A DNA stretch of 63,989 nt, filler included, from Perkinsus olseni (taxonomy: Eukaryota), in the NCBI GenBank assembly GCA_013115125.1. It is 5 parts of 5 records of this genome, joined end to end, with 100 filler letters (N's around TTAATTAATTAA, not from the genome) between each part and the next. Parts side by side here need not be neighbours in the genome. Positions count along the whole stretch, not along the records: positions 26,998 to 40,383 come from JABANN010000761.1; positions 40,484 to 53,798 come from JABANN010000762.1; 3 more parts are not named here. The stretch is one strand, 5' to 3'. The notes under the pieces were generated by a model. The model ran no database searches, had not been told where the DNA came from, and saw nothing but the letters and a program-made list of their open reading frames with translations. A program made the position numbers and the translations under genes. Of the stretch, positions 35,003-45,996 are shown in pieces. The stretch's first letter is position 1. Every line of letters starts with the position of its first letter.

Positions 35003-37773
35003 TCATCTATATTTACAGTTCAACATGAGAAGGTCTTTACCTCCAGAGGCTACGTCCTCTCCATGGACTTCCGCTGCGGCGCTCAAGTCCAGCATCTTGG
35101 CGTCTTGTGGCAGTCTTATCACTCGTTTCGCCATCTCTGCAGCATGAGTAACGATCTGTCGACTTCTACGGTGATATGCTTCGTCAAACTGCAATGCTGT
35201 TGTTGTGGTGTATCTGAAAATTGTTATCATTATCAGAAGTTTATGTCAGGTTACTACCTTGGTTTCCCGTGACTCTTAGGGGCGAAGGGCATCAGCTCTT
35301 CGAGCTGAAAGCGTCCGAGATGGCCGTTGGTGAGTAGGCGGACTCCCAAGGTGTGTACGCAGGCGTCTTGTTTCTGCCTTTTGTGATCCTTCGTCTTATA
35401 GCAGGTACACCAACCCCGTCCATCGCTATCGCCACTGTCTACAATCACCATTCTCTCAACTGTGTCGAGAAAATCATCCCATCCCTCCCATGGACGAGCG
35501 GGCTGGTTCATGTAACGTAAGAAGAATCGCCCTGCGAGACGGCTTAGTACATTGCCGTTCTCCAAGTCGTGCACCTCAGTAACAAGCTGGGGTGATGGTA
35601 TCACGTAGTACCGCTTGGTTGTATCCGTAAATATAATGGGCGTCTTCAGGGCCCACTCGGCAGCCATCGTCGCATCGGCTAGCGCGATGTGACTGTCCTC
35701 GGTTTCGCCTTGCCAAGCATAATCTTCTATGCATTTGAGGAGTTCGCGGACGAGTAGATCGAAAGTGCAGCCTTCCTCAATCCTACCTGATCAAATGTCG
35801 CAATATTTCACGTGAAAGCAGTTACTGGCTGCTGTCAGTCTATCACTTTCTTCTCGTGCTCACCTTCTTTCAGACTCGAATTAACGCCTTCGACTGCACA
35901 GCTATGGCGAGGCACCCACCCCGGAACGGAGTGGGCGCCTGTATACCAAGTGGCAGTCTTGTGGAGCCACGTTTTGCCAAACTTCTCGATGAGGTGGGGG
36001 TGGGTTGCCTTCCATTTTGCCACGAACAGTTCTACTCCGTCCTCGAACAGTTGGTCACTCGCGCAGCAATGAAGGGCCTTTATATCTCTGTAGAATTCAC
36101 CACGCTTGGCTTGAGCGGCCGCGACAGATCCCTCCGTAGTCTTGTTGATGTAGGTAGGGAGCCACCCTCGGACCGCTCGCAACATGTGCACCCAGCAATA
36201 GAGCCTAGTTCCCCGATTGAACGAGCCGTAGTCCCAGCGTAGGTCACGCTTTAGCCCTGTTGGACTTAACTCGCCGAATACCTAAGCTCATTTCGTTATG
36301 ATAGTGGCGGCGCTGCCGCAGCGACGTAGTCAGTAGTAGTGGCAAATTCTCGCGACTATTACTATACGATTATTACTATACGATTATTACTATACGATTA
36401 TTACTATACGATTATTACTATACGATTATTACTATACGATTATTACTATACGATTATTACTATACGATTATTACTATACGATTATANNNNNNNNNNNNNN
36501 NNNNNNNNNNNNNNNNNNNNNNNNNNNNNNNNNNNNNNNNNNNNNNNNNNNNNNNNNNNNNNNNNNNNNNNNNNNNNNNNNNNATTATTACTATACGATT
36601 ATTACTATACGATTATTACTATACGATTATTACTATACGATTATTACTATACGATTATCACTATACGATTATTACTATATGGTAGTACTCGACTATCGCG
36701 AGCTGCGGAGATTACCTGCTTGTAAGCATTCGTGAAACTCTCCGCAGCATCGGCAACAAGTACGGTTGGTACAAAAGGACCGCGTATCTTCTCAGTCGCT
36801 CGCGCCACGCAGGAGAAGACGGACGCGACATCGTCCTGAGTTTGATGGCTGGTTAATGCGAAGGCGATCGGTCTGAGATGCCCCCTCCAATCGAGGCCTC
36901 CCATCACCAGGAGGGGCATTCCCAGCCAGCTGAGTGCTGATGTATAATCACAAGTGAGTGTTTGGTGCTTCGTTCCTTCTCTCAGCAATCTCGTGCATGA
37001 GAATACGAAGTAGAAGGAATCGCCTATCTTGATATCAAACGCCAAGCAGTATGGTTGATTTTCATCATCCGGCACCTTTTCGTTAGCCTCGCAGAAAGCC
37101 CGAATGGACCCCACTGTGGAACCCGTGCCCAAGATGGCGTCTTCTCGCTTTTTTTAGCAACAGTACGCAGTTTGTAGATGGCGTTCATCACCTTCGTGCT
37201 TGACTCACCGTTCGCTCCGAGTAGTCCTCTGTCTCTCAGTGACCTCGCAGTACCACGAGCCTTCGCGCCATCCCGCAGCTGATCCACTACAAGTTTCCTA
37301 GCCGTCTCGGATAGAATCATAGGCGGCGAGCCTCTGCAGCCAGGGGCGAGCTTGTGGTCGTGGACATCATGTGGCGCCTGCGGTAAGCGAATCTGCCACT
37401 GTGATGCTTTGCGCGTCAGCTGGGCTGTGAAGGGACAGTTGTACCCATTCTTCCGTCCAGGGCCGAAGCAGCATGCATACCGACATATGAGCGTGCCGTC
37501 CTTGGTGAAGTATGTCCCCTTGCTCGTCATATTGTTTCCGGCCGCGGAGCACAGTGAGCCATAGGCTTCTTCTTGTGAAGTGAATCTCCTTTCTCCTGGT
37601 AGGTACAAGATTGTCCTTCTACGAATTGGAGTTGACGATGAGGCTCCACCATCTTCCTCCGCTTCCCGACCTGTAACAGCCTCCTGCCCTCTGTCATTTT
37701 GATCCACGTTGGAGGGGCTGACGAATGGTGAGCTAGCCCGACTCCGGCCGCTGGAGGACGCGCTCCGAACCAT
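35003..37773 (-). mobile_element. Mutator-like (MULE) transposase with WRKY/FLYWCH-like N-terminal Zn domain and SWIM finger; frameshifted, intron-containing
   Basis: RYACC..NCPF..HDVHDH; LTCDYT (D1), RPIAFALT, VLVADAAES (D2), YCWVHMLRAV (CxxH), AVEGVNSSLK (E); SWIM CTC..ACVH. Frame break at A7 37149-37155. Confidence 0.88.
36356..36679 (+). repeat. 14-bp minisatellite (ACTATACGATTATT)n spanning an assembly gap
   Basis: Near-perfect tandem copies on both sides of the N run 36487-36583. Confidence 0.95.
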
Positions 37774-40383
37774 GCTCCGGAAGGCGACAGGGAATTTCGA
37801 CAGGGCGACGAAATTTCAGCGGACGACAGGGGTGCGGTAGTCTCCCCGGAGGATGATGTACAGTTGGGAGTGGCGTTCATCGCTCAACTGTAGGGATTGG
37901 GGTATTTGAAATGGCTAAGCACACAGGAGAACGCCTCAGAGCTGCCGAGCACTCTCGTAAGGCTCAGCACAAGGATGGGTGTGAGCCATCGGAGGTGAGC
38001 CAGCTGTCAGTCAGATTTTGGATGTGATCGAGAATACTTTTCACTGAAAAGTTTTCAGCCGTCGTCAGCCTCGAGACCCGAAGAAGGGCCAGTGAATCAG
38101 CCGGTTCGCGAACTAAGGGATTTTCTAACTAGTCCACCTCCGAAACTACGTCGTGGTATGCTGAAGAATAGGTGATGTGGGAGCACCAGGGTGTCTGAAG
38201 ACATGCTTTGGGGACGATCGAAATTCTTCCATATACTTTCCTGAAATTTTCCTGAAATTTCCGGAGCTTGCCATTGGCAAGTTGCCAAGAAATAGAAAAA
38301 TGGTTTCTAGTGGCAATCAAGGCCAGTTCGGTGGCAGATATTGCTCGAATTCGGAAGTCCTGGGTGGGAAGAGGGCAAACTGTATCATGCGACGCGCAAT
38401 GGTTTTGCGAGGACATGGAGTGGGCATAGAGTGGATCCGTTCTGTACTGCATTGAAATATGCAGACTGCCCGCAAGTCATCGCTGCGCTTCAATCCAAAG
38501 CACGACGTTCAAGCATTCAAGCGTCTCCAGAATTACCCAAGCGTTCTTTGAGTCTCAAAGTTTGAGGTCAGTTTCTAGTAACACCGCGTTGCAGGAACAC
38601 TGATACCAATCAACTACACGATACGATCCGTATCATACGACATTCTAGATACTATAGACATTCCTTTGCGGAGCGATCCAACCGGTTTTTTCATGTGCGC
38701 CCACTATGGCCCATAGTCTATGGGAGCAAGTTGCTCCGAGCAACCCCGAGTAGCTCAGCCTCACTCTGTCGGTTGAGCCCGGCTCAACAGTAGTATTACT
38801 ACTGTAGTAAGCATCATCATGCTTACTTGTGCGTAGGGATGCATGACCTGCCTCCCGTAAGCCAGCTCGAGAGACAAGTGTTCTATGCTGTTATCCCGCT
38901 ATTCTTCGAAATTTTGCTTCCCGGAAAGATTCTCAGATGCCCTGGGGAGCACGAATAGACCATGTCGTATATGCTATGACTCTAGTGCCGCCTGGCCTGA
39001 TCAGCCCCCTAGATATATCACAGAGGTAGTGTATCTCAGGTACCCTGTGATCCCGGTTCAAGAAGACATGAAAGAACTACTAGAATATATGAGAAGTACG
39101 GAAACCTCTTCAATTGAGAGTTCCCATTTGTCCACATTTCCTTGGATAATGTCTTCCTCAGATCAGCCAATGCCGTCAACCGAAATAGAGGGCGCAGCAT
39201 CCCATGTCGAGCAGGAGCCTCCTATCGCGGCTGAGATCGATGACTCGATATTTGAAACGCCACCCCCAAAAGTCAGAATATTGGTTCCTGGGACTCCGAC
39301 GACCATAGCGCGACGGAGATGCGAGCGGGCAAATTTTGCATTCGTAAGTCATGGAATCTCTGTGGCAGGGGATTTCTCTGAAATAATGCCATCTTGAAGC
39401 GTTCGATCCACGCCTTGCGCAAAAGCACCGCGCGCCAGTCGTTCCTATTGCAGGATATGAACTTGGTGACAGACGAAGCAAGAATACCCGTCTCGGACAC
39501 CATCGAACCCGTACCACAGATTTCACAGTCTCGACTGAAAGAGCTTCTAGACGCGACTCCCACAGATAGGAGGCGCGGGAAGCGATCGTCTCCGGCGCAG
39601 GTGAGCCAGCACTAGTACTACCACGGTTGTAGAGACTTTCTCTGAGGGGCGTCAATCGAGTTGATCGAATCAAGTTGGATCTATCTCTTGCAGGTAGAAA
39701 GCACTGTTCTTTGCCAGTGCTTTCAGAGCAATCTCGAAGCAGAACATGCCGACGCGACGGATGACTTCGGGGGAGCATTTCCCCGACTCGAATTGTTTCC
39801 CCAAGTTCCTAAGTACGAGGACAAACTAATATTCCCGGACTCTGAGGTGGGTCGTTAAACGCATCTGCATATTCATCGGGTCACCCGCGTCAGACGGCCA
39901 GTCCGATCACTTCTACTTGAACGAGTCCAATGTCCAATCCGTCCAGTCTGGCTGATTACCAACTAATATTCAAGGGTGTTGGAGAGTATCATGGTGTCTG
40001 CAAGATCACAGCTCCTGCGGTGCTGGTTGTGCGGCAAATCTTCATGAGGATTGTTAGGCATCGTTATTGAGCTCTTCAATATCATAAGTAGTGGACACCT
40101 CCCCACGCTTCGGCGAGTCTTGATATTCAAAATAGGAGGGTATGCACGCTTTTCATTCAACTCGGGGCTCATTATTGTGTTCGTCAGTCGGAGGTTCAAT
40201 GATAAATTCAGTCGGTATGTTTTCCACAACACTTGGAGGTCATACGGGCTGATCCCCGGTACTGCCACTGGAGGGAGGGAGAGTTAAAGTCACCAGCCGC
40301 ATTGGTAGCGCTACTGTTCTCTGCCAAACGTATCGAACACAAGTACTGCATTAACAGTCCGGATACCAGAATCGCACTACTAT

Positions 40384-40483
40384 NNNNNNNNNNNNNNNNN
40401 NNNNNNNNNNNNNNNNNNNNNNNNNNNTTAATTAATTAANNNNNNNNNNNNNNNNNNNNNNNNNNNNNNNNNNNNNNNNNNNN
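40384..40483. other. Artificial scaffold linker
   Basis: N run + TTAATTAATTAA + N run. Confidence 0.97.
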
Positions 40484-40870
40484 GTTCCATATTCTTCGTA
40501 GCAGTTGTGGTTGCAGCGTCAAAGCTGTTGGGAATCTCCTGCTTTCCGTTTATTATGTTCCGGAACGGCTGAAATAGCTCTCTAAGTTGTTGAAAATGCC
40601 CCCCTCTATTTGTGCTAGTCACAACAAGATCTGATCATTGCAGACTCTCTCACAAGCTCGCCTGTATACTCGAGTATCCTCTTACATAAATCAAACACCG
40701 GCTTTCGAATTATCCGGGGACAAACTCGACTACCTGATAGTGCAAAACCCAACCATGAATGGTTTCACCACAACGCATGATTGACAAAACGCAACAGATG
40801 TTGGCATTGTCAAGGTCAATTCCCAACTACTTCGGGTGAGAGCTATCCCAACACACGCGAGTTTAAATTC

Positions 40871-43800
40871 TCAATCAAAAAACTGTAAAAGCCCTATAGT
40901 TGTTCGAAAAGAACGACGGATGTTGTAATTTCCACGGTCGTGTTCCACTTGCCCGAGCTGTTGACGTTCTGCCTGTTGGGAATGTTCACTCACCCCAAAA
41001 GTATCCATCTCGAGGACGTCACCTCCTGACTGCATCATCTTGTAATACTGAACCAACAAGTCTCGTTCTTCAGGAGATCGTCCAACTTCACGAAGTACTT
41101 CTCCGACGACATATCCTACTCCCAACGCATCTTGTATGAAATAGAGATGATCCTGGAGTCGATGAAGCCAGCCAAACTGATCTTGTTCTAGGGATATAGT
41201 ATGATCGGATAGACGCTTAAGGTAGCCTCTTCGATAACTTGGGTAATCCATGATGAGCTCGACAGCCCGCCTGGGACTTAACCCTCGTGGGTCATCACAG
41301 GCCTCATAGAGAGCTGTAATCATACGTCTATCATCGGCAGTCGTAGATAGCGGAACAAACCCTTCTTCAGAGCTCCTATCGACCAAGACGAAGCGTCTAC
41401 AATGATCGACAGGTGTTTGGAACTGAGCTTCTAGAGGATGGTCTTCTGGACTTGGAATATGGTGGCTTGACGATACCTTCGGAGCAGGTGTGTTGGTTTT
41501 TTGACTATCAGCACCAGCGCTACAAGGGCGTAAAGCATCATTGACAGATTGAACTCGTGGTTCTCCACTATCTTGTGATGCTGGTGGGTGTGAGGTAGAG
41601 GTTATCTCGGAATGACTACGCCGCTGCTCGCGAGTGTTCCTCTCAGATAGTGAAGGGGAACTACCACCGATGTCATAATGAAAGGCTGCCGGGAAATTCA
41701 GATGTACCAGACGGTCCACGTTGATACGAGTGGAAGGACTGGGAACGGGCGGTCCACTCGGCAGGGCTTTCAACAGAACGGTGTTGCCGCTTACACTATC
41801 TATCACATATGGACCACGCCAACGAAGTGATAGTTTGCTCGCTCGTGGAGAGGTTCTTACTCCAACATAGTCACCGACTCCGTAATCTGGCGAAGTTCGG
41901 CCTTGGTCATACCTATCTTTGGCTTTCAGACGACTATCCAGCAGAGCGAGGCGAACACAGGCATGCGCAGTTTTCATGGCCTCAACCCTGTCGACCGCCG
42001 CACCGGCATCGATCTCGAGGTCAGTGACCTCATCAGCCGCGGACTGATTCAATAGCAGGTCTGGCAAGGCTTGAGGGTTTCGTCCACCATGGGTGATATA
42101 GTATGGTGAGTGAAGGCGACCAACACCGGGGTTAGTATTGTGAGCATAAGTGACTGCTTGCAGATACTGGGGCCAACGATTCTCTCTACCACTGCAGATG
42201 ATTGAGAGAGCTTCAAGAGGGAATCTATGCCCTCGCTCACATTGCCCGTTGAACTTAGGCCTTAGAGGTGAAGTTCGTTCTACGACAACATTGCCGATCT
42301 TATAGATTGAATCTAGCAAAGAGTTGCAGAACTCTCTGCCACGATCCGATCGTATCGATCGAAAATATCCATGATTGCATATGACTGCCTCGTACAAACA
42401 TTGACCTACCTCAGGCATACTCTTGGTACGCAGAGGTCGAGCAACGATGAAGTTCGAATATAGGCAGATGGCATGTAGGATATATCGAAATGGATGGCCT
42501 TCAACGTCACTATCGCCTGGTGGCATCTCGATTAAATCCACACCAATCGCAGTGAATGGTTGTGTATAGATCGATGTACGAAGGAAACCGGCCGTGGCAG
42601 TACCGGACTTCTTGCGGAGTTGACATCCAAGGCAACGTTTGCAGAACTTCTTCACGCTCTTGGCGAGACCGGACCACCAGAAGGAACGTCCCACAGCTGC
42701 CAAAGTAGCTTCTCGACCACGGTGCGCGCTATCCGGTTGAACATGAAAGTAACGTAGAAACGTTAGCTGGTGTTCAACAGGTATCACGAGCTTCTCAACA
42801 TCTTCAGGTAAATCCCAGGAGCCCTCGTACGGCGCACACATCAACAAGGCATCATCAGAAGGGTCGAGTCTATAGTAGCCATCGTGGTTTAAATGTGAGA
42901 GTTGTTGGATAATCTGACTCAGGACAGGGTCTCGTCGCTGAGAGCTGATGATCGTCTGGCGACTTGGCAGATGAAGTGGTGGTGCTTCTTGGTGGGTCAC
43001 CACGACACACAGATTAGACCGAAGCACTGCCGTAGAGAGTGCCGAAGAGAGCTTAGCGTCATGACGGCCTGAAGTTACAGGAGAGACCCTTCTCTTCTTC
43101 GCAGGTGGTGGGTTGTGGCTGACAGCAGTTCGTGGAGGAGGCTTGGGCGGATCAGTCGAGAGGCCAACAGGATGTCGACTGAAGTAATCGACATTAGCTT
43201 GTAAAGGACCTTTACGGTGTACGATATCGAAGTCGTACTCGCACAACCTCAGAATCCAGCGACAGAGACGAGGCTTCCGTGGAGACAAGTTCAACAACCA
43301 ACGTAGGTTGTTATGATCAGTGGCAACGACAAAATGACGACCATAGAGATATTGATGCCATTTCTCAACCGCCCAGACGATAGCCAACAACTCGTGTTCT
43401 TCTGTGCTCCACTTGGCTTCTGCGGCTGTCAGAGCACGACTAGCGAACCGTACAGGTCGCTCAATCCCATTACTATCAACTTGGGAGAGAGCGGCACCAA
43501 GACCGCGTGAGGAACCATCAGCTTGGAGAAGGAAGGGCTTTGAGAAGTCTGGATGGACGAGTAACGTGTGAGAGAGTGACCTTTTGAGATCCTTAAACTC
43601 TTCTTCTTCGTTACGACCCCAGTGCCAGGGTACGTCAGTACGAATGAGTTGTCGAAGATGAGAGCTTCTCTGAGCATAATCGCATATGTGAGCACGGTAA
43701 TATCCACTGAGACCGAGAAAGTGTTGTAGATCTTTTCGGCAAGTAGGGCGAGAGATTGCCTGAATCTCAGCCGTCTTCGCCGGATCTGCAGAGATGCCCT

Positions 43801-45964
43801 CCTTAGAGACTACGTAACCGAGGTAAGTGATATGATCATAGCCGAAATAGCATTTTGACGGCTTCAGCTTCACCCCTCGTTGTGCGCAACGTTCGAACAC
43901 ACGAGAGAGATGTTGGAGATGCTCTGTCCAGGTAGACGATGATATCAGCAAATCATCCATATACGCGCACAAGAAGTAGCCGCTGTCAGCTGTAACTTCA
44001 GAGAGAAGGTCGGCAAAGACACTGTTGACTGTGCGCATGAATGTCGCTGGAGCTCCGACGAGGCCGAAGGGCAACCTCAAGTATTCGAAAATACCATATG
44101 GAGTGGTAAAAGCCGTTCGACTAATACTATCGGGAGCCATACCGACATGCCAGAAGCCAGAGTACATATCCAACTTACTGTAGAAACATTTTTTATTTAA
44201 CCTCGACAGCAAAGTCTCTATCTGGGGTAAAGGATAGGCGTCAAAGCGAGTGATGCTGTTGAGACGCCTGTAGTCAATTACCAGGCGAGGCCTCACTTTC
44301 TGACCGTGCTCATCTTTCTTGGCGACCACCAGGATTGGAGAAGACCATGAACTCTCACTGGGGCGACAGATGCCCTCAGCGATCATGCGATCGATCTCGC
44401 TCTTGACGAACCGTACGTGGCTTTCAGGAAGTGGATACGGAGTGCAGTATAGCGGCTCGTGATCACCAGTGTCGATGTGGTGTTTGTATCCTCGGATCTC
44501 TTCGAACTTCTCACCCGGTAAGTGGAATATTCGGCACCACTTGGTGATAACCTTCTTCAAGTCATTCTTCTGGGCAGTACTTAAGTTGGTGCATTCATCA
44601 AGACGGATTTCCGCTAACACCTCCTTGGCGTATTGCTCGTCGCTTCTCGGAAGCTTCTTATCAACATTCTCATCACCGATTGGTGGTAAGTCACGATTAG
44701 CATCATCTTCGAAAGCGTGCTCACGGGCCTCATTCAAGAGCTGCCTCTCTCTAGTCAACTCATCCTTGAGAACATCGGAGAACTCCTGTGGGTCGCGATT
44801 AATCACACGACCTAGGGGTTCTGAAGCCGAAACCTTCGTTGGCGAAGATGAAGTATTAGCAACGAGTACCGTGAATGGTGTTGAAGAGTTCGCAGACAAA
44901 GCACTCTGGTCGATGGGTCCCTCGACGAGTGACAACGAAGCAGACGGACAATTGACTCCGACAAGCCAGGGGCGTTCGGGTAATTTCAAAGCATGATGAA
45001 CGAAACATGCCTTGATTTCATTCACACCTGGTGAGATTGTCTGCGTCGATGCTGCTCTGATGACATCATAGGTGCTTATCACCAGGGCACTCTTCTCGCC
45101 ACCGGTAGTTGCAGTACACTTGAGTGTAGAATGCCAGCCTCCATGTTCGAGTTGAACCACTCGGGTATGGCAATTGATCTTGGCATGTAATAGTGTTAAG
45201 TGATTAATACCAAGAATCAAAGGCCATTGTAGATCTTTGATAATGGGACACTCTACTCTCACGCAATGAGCATCTACGCCATTGAAGACAAGAGGTACTT
45301 CTTGCAGCGAAGAAGATGTGAACGAAACGCCTTCTGCTGCCATACCAACTTCCACAGGCGCGTTGATAGTTCGACAGCAGAAGCCATGGCGTTGAAGCTG
45401 ATTAGCATAATTTTCGCTCACAAGACTAACACTGCAGCAGGTGTCAATAAGCGTCTTGACAGCTGGTAGATCACAACGAGGTTGAATCAAAGCAGTCAGA
45501 ATATGTCTCCTCTGAGCATCAACGTCATGATGGCTACCCGTGTTACCCACGGTAACAAATAAAGGCATAGCCAAGAACTCATCATCATCCCGAGAGGTGT
45601 GGCGATGGGACCCTCGGCTCTCCTGTCGACGGGACTTTCTCTCATCGTCGTCTTGAGCAGGCTCTCTCTCACGCTCACGAGGTGGAGATCTCGGCTCATG
45701 CTCGTCTGCAGAGCTTTGGGGCTGAGTGTCAAGGCAGTTCACACGGAACCTTCTTCTGGTCGGCTTATTCCCTTTTCCTCGGCGACCGTTGCCTTGACGA
45801 TAAGCAAAGCCCTTGCCTTTAGCAGTCCCCTTCGCCTTGCCCGCACCTTTATTCCGTCTTCTAAGCCACCATTCACTTTGGCCATAGGAATGGCTCTCAA
45901 ACTGTGGCATAGGTCCAGAGTTATTGAAATTCTGCGAGCCACCGAGGCCATTCGCAGGTGTCAA
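40871..45964 (-). CDS. pol: Ty3/Gypsy pol polyprotein (protease-RT-RNase H-integrase)
   Basis: LIDTCCSVSLVS (protease), RLVIDYRRLN, LPFGLVGAPATF, YMDDLLI (RT), ADGSSRGLGAAL..ELLAIVWAV..TDHNNL (RNase H), H..HRG..CKRCLGC, IGVDL, RSDRGREF, NGQCERGH (integrase). Confidence 0.97.
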   Translation of the reverse strand: MTPANGLGGSQNFNNSGPMPQFESHSYGQSEWWLRRRNKGAGKAKGTAKGKGFAYRQGNGRRGKGNKPTRRRFRVNCLDTQPQSSADEHEPRSPPREREREPAQDDDERKSRRQESRGSHRHTSRDDDEFLAMPLFVTVGNTGSHHDVDAQRRHILTALIQPRCDLPAVKTLIDTCCSVSLVSENYANQLQRHGFCCRTINAPVEVGMAAEGVSFTSSSLQEVPLVFNGVDAHCVRVECPIIKDLQWPLILGINHLTLLHAKINCHTRVVQLEHGGWHSTLKCTATTGGEKSALVISTYDVIRAASTQTISPGVNEIKACFVHHALKLPERPWLVGVNCPSASLSLVEGPIDQSALSANSSTPFTVLVANTSSSPTKVSASEPLGRVINRDPQEFSDVLKDELTRERQLLNEAREHAFEDDANRDLPPIGDENVDKKLPRSDEQYAKEVLAEIRLDECTNLSTAQKNDLKKVITKWCRIFHLPGEKFEEIRGYKHHIDTGDHEPLYCTPYPLPESHVRFVKSEIDRMIAEGICRPSESSWSSPILVVAKKDEHGQKVRPRLVIDYRRLNSITRFDAYPLPQIETLLSRLNKKCFYSKLDMYSGFWHVGMAPDSISRTAFTTPYGIFEYLRLPFGLVGAPATFMRTVNSVFADLLSEVTADSGYFLCAYMDDLLISSSTWTEHLQHLSRVFERCAQRGVKLKPSKCYFGYDHITYLGYVVSKEGISADPAKTAEIQAISRPTCRKDLQHFLGLSGYYRAHICDYAQRSSHLRQLIRTDVPWHWGRNEEEEFKDLKRSLSHTLLVHPDFSKPFLLQADGSSRGLGAALSQVDSNGIERPVRFASRALTAAEAKWSTEEHELLAIVWAVEKWHQYLYGRHFVVATDHNNLRWLLNLSPRKPRLCRWILRLCEYDFDIVHRKGPLQANVDYFSRHPVGLSTDPPKPPPRTAVSHNPPPAKKRRVSPVTSGRHDAKLSSALSTAVLRSNLCVVVTHQEAPPLHLPSRQTIISSQRRDPVLSQIIQQLSHLNHDGYYRLDPSDDALLMCAPYEGSWDLPEDVEKLVIPVEHQLTFLRYFHVQPDSAHRGREATLAAVGRSFWWSGLAKSVKKFCKRCLGCQLRKKSGTATAGFLRTSIYTQPFTAIGVDLIEMPPGDSDVEGHPFRYILHAICLYSNFIVARPLRTKSMPEVGQCLYEAVICNHGYFRSIRSDRGREFCNSLLDSIYKIGNVVVERTSPLRPKFNGQCERGHRFPLEALSIICSGRENRWPQYLQAVTYAHNTNPGVGRLHSPYYITHGGRNPQALPDLLLNQSAADEVTDLEIDAGAAVDRVEAMKTAHACVRLALLDSRLKAKDRYDQGRTSPDYGVGDYVGVRTSPRASKLSLRWRGPYVIDSVSGNTVLLKALPSGPPVPSPSTRINVDRLVHLNFPAAFHYDIGGSSPSLSERNTREQRRSHSEITSTSHPPASQDSGEPRVQSVNDALRPCSAGADSQKTNTPAPKVSSSHHIPSPEDHPLEAQFQTPVDHCRRFVLVDRSSEEGFVPLSTTADDRRMITALYEACDDPRGLSPRRAVELIMDYPSYRRGYLKRLSDHTISLEQDQFGWLHRLQDHLYFIQDALGVGYVVGEVLREVGRSPEERDLLVQYYKMMQSGGDVLEMDTFGVSEHSQQAERQQLGQVEHDRGNYNIRRSFRTTIGLLQFFD

Positions 45965-45996
45965 TTGAACTCCGGACTGGTAACCCTTACCGTTCC

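Noticed and set aside
36339-36725. 128-aa Tyr/Ile-rich ORF
   Set aside because: Translation of the 14-bp minisatellite across an N gap.
37128-37139. GCCATCTTGG match to the spliced-leader core
   Set aside because: Short, inside transposase coding sequence, lacks the CCGTA and CTCAAG-GT context.
32380-38880. Terminal inverted repeats for the MULE
   Set aside because: By-eye comparison of both flanks found only an 11-nt palindromic match (AGCAACTTGCT); no TIR or TSD can be supported.
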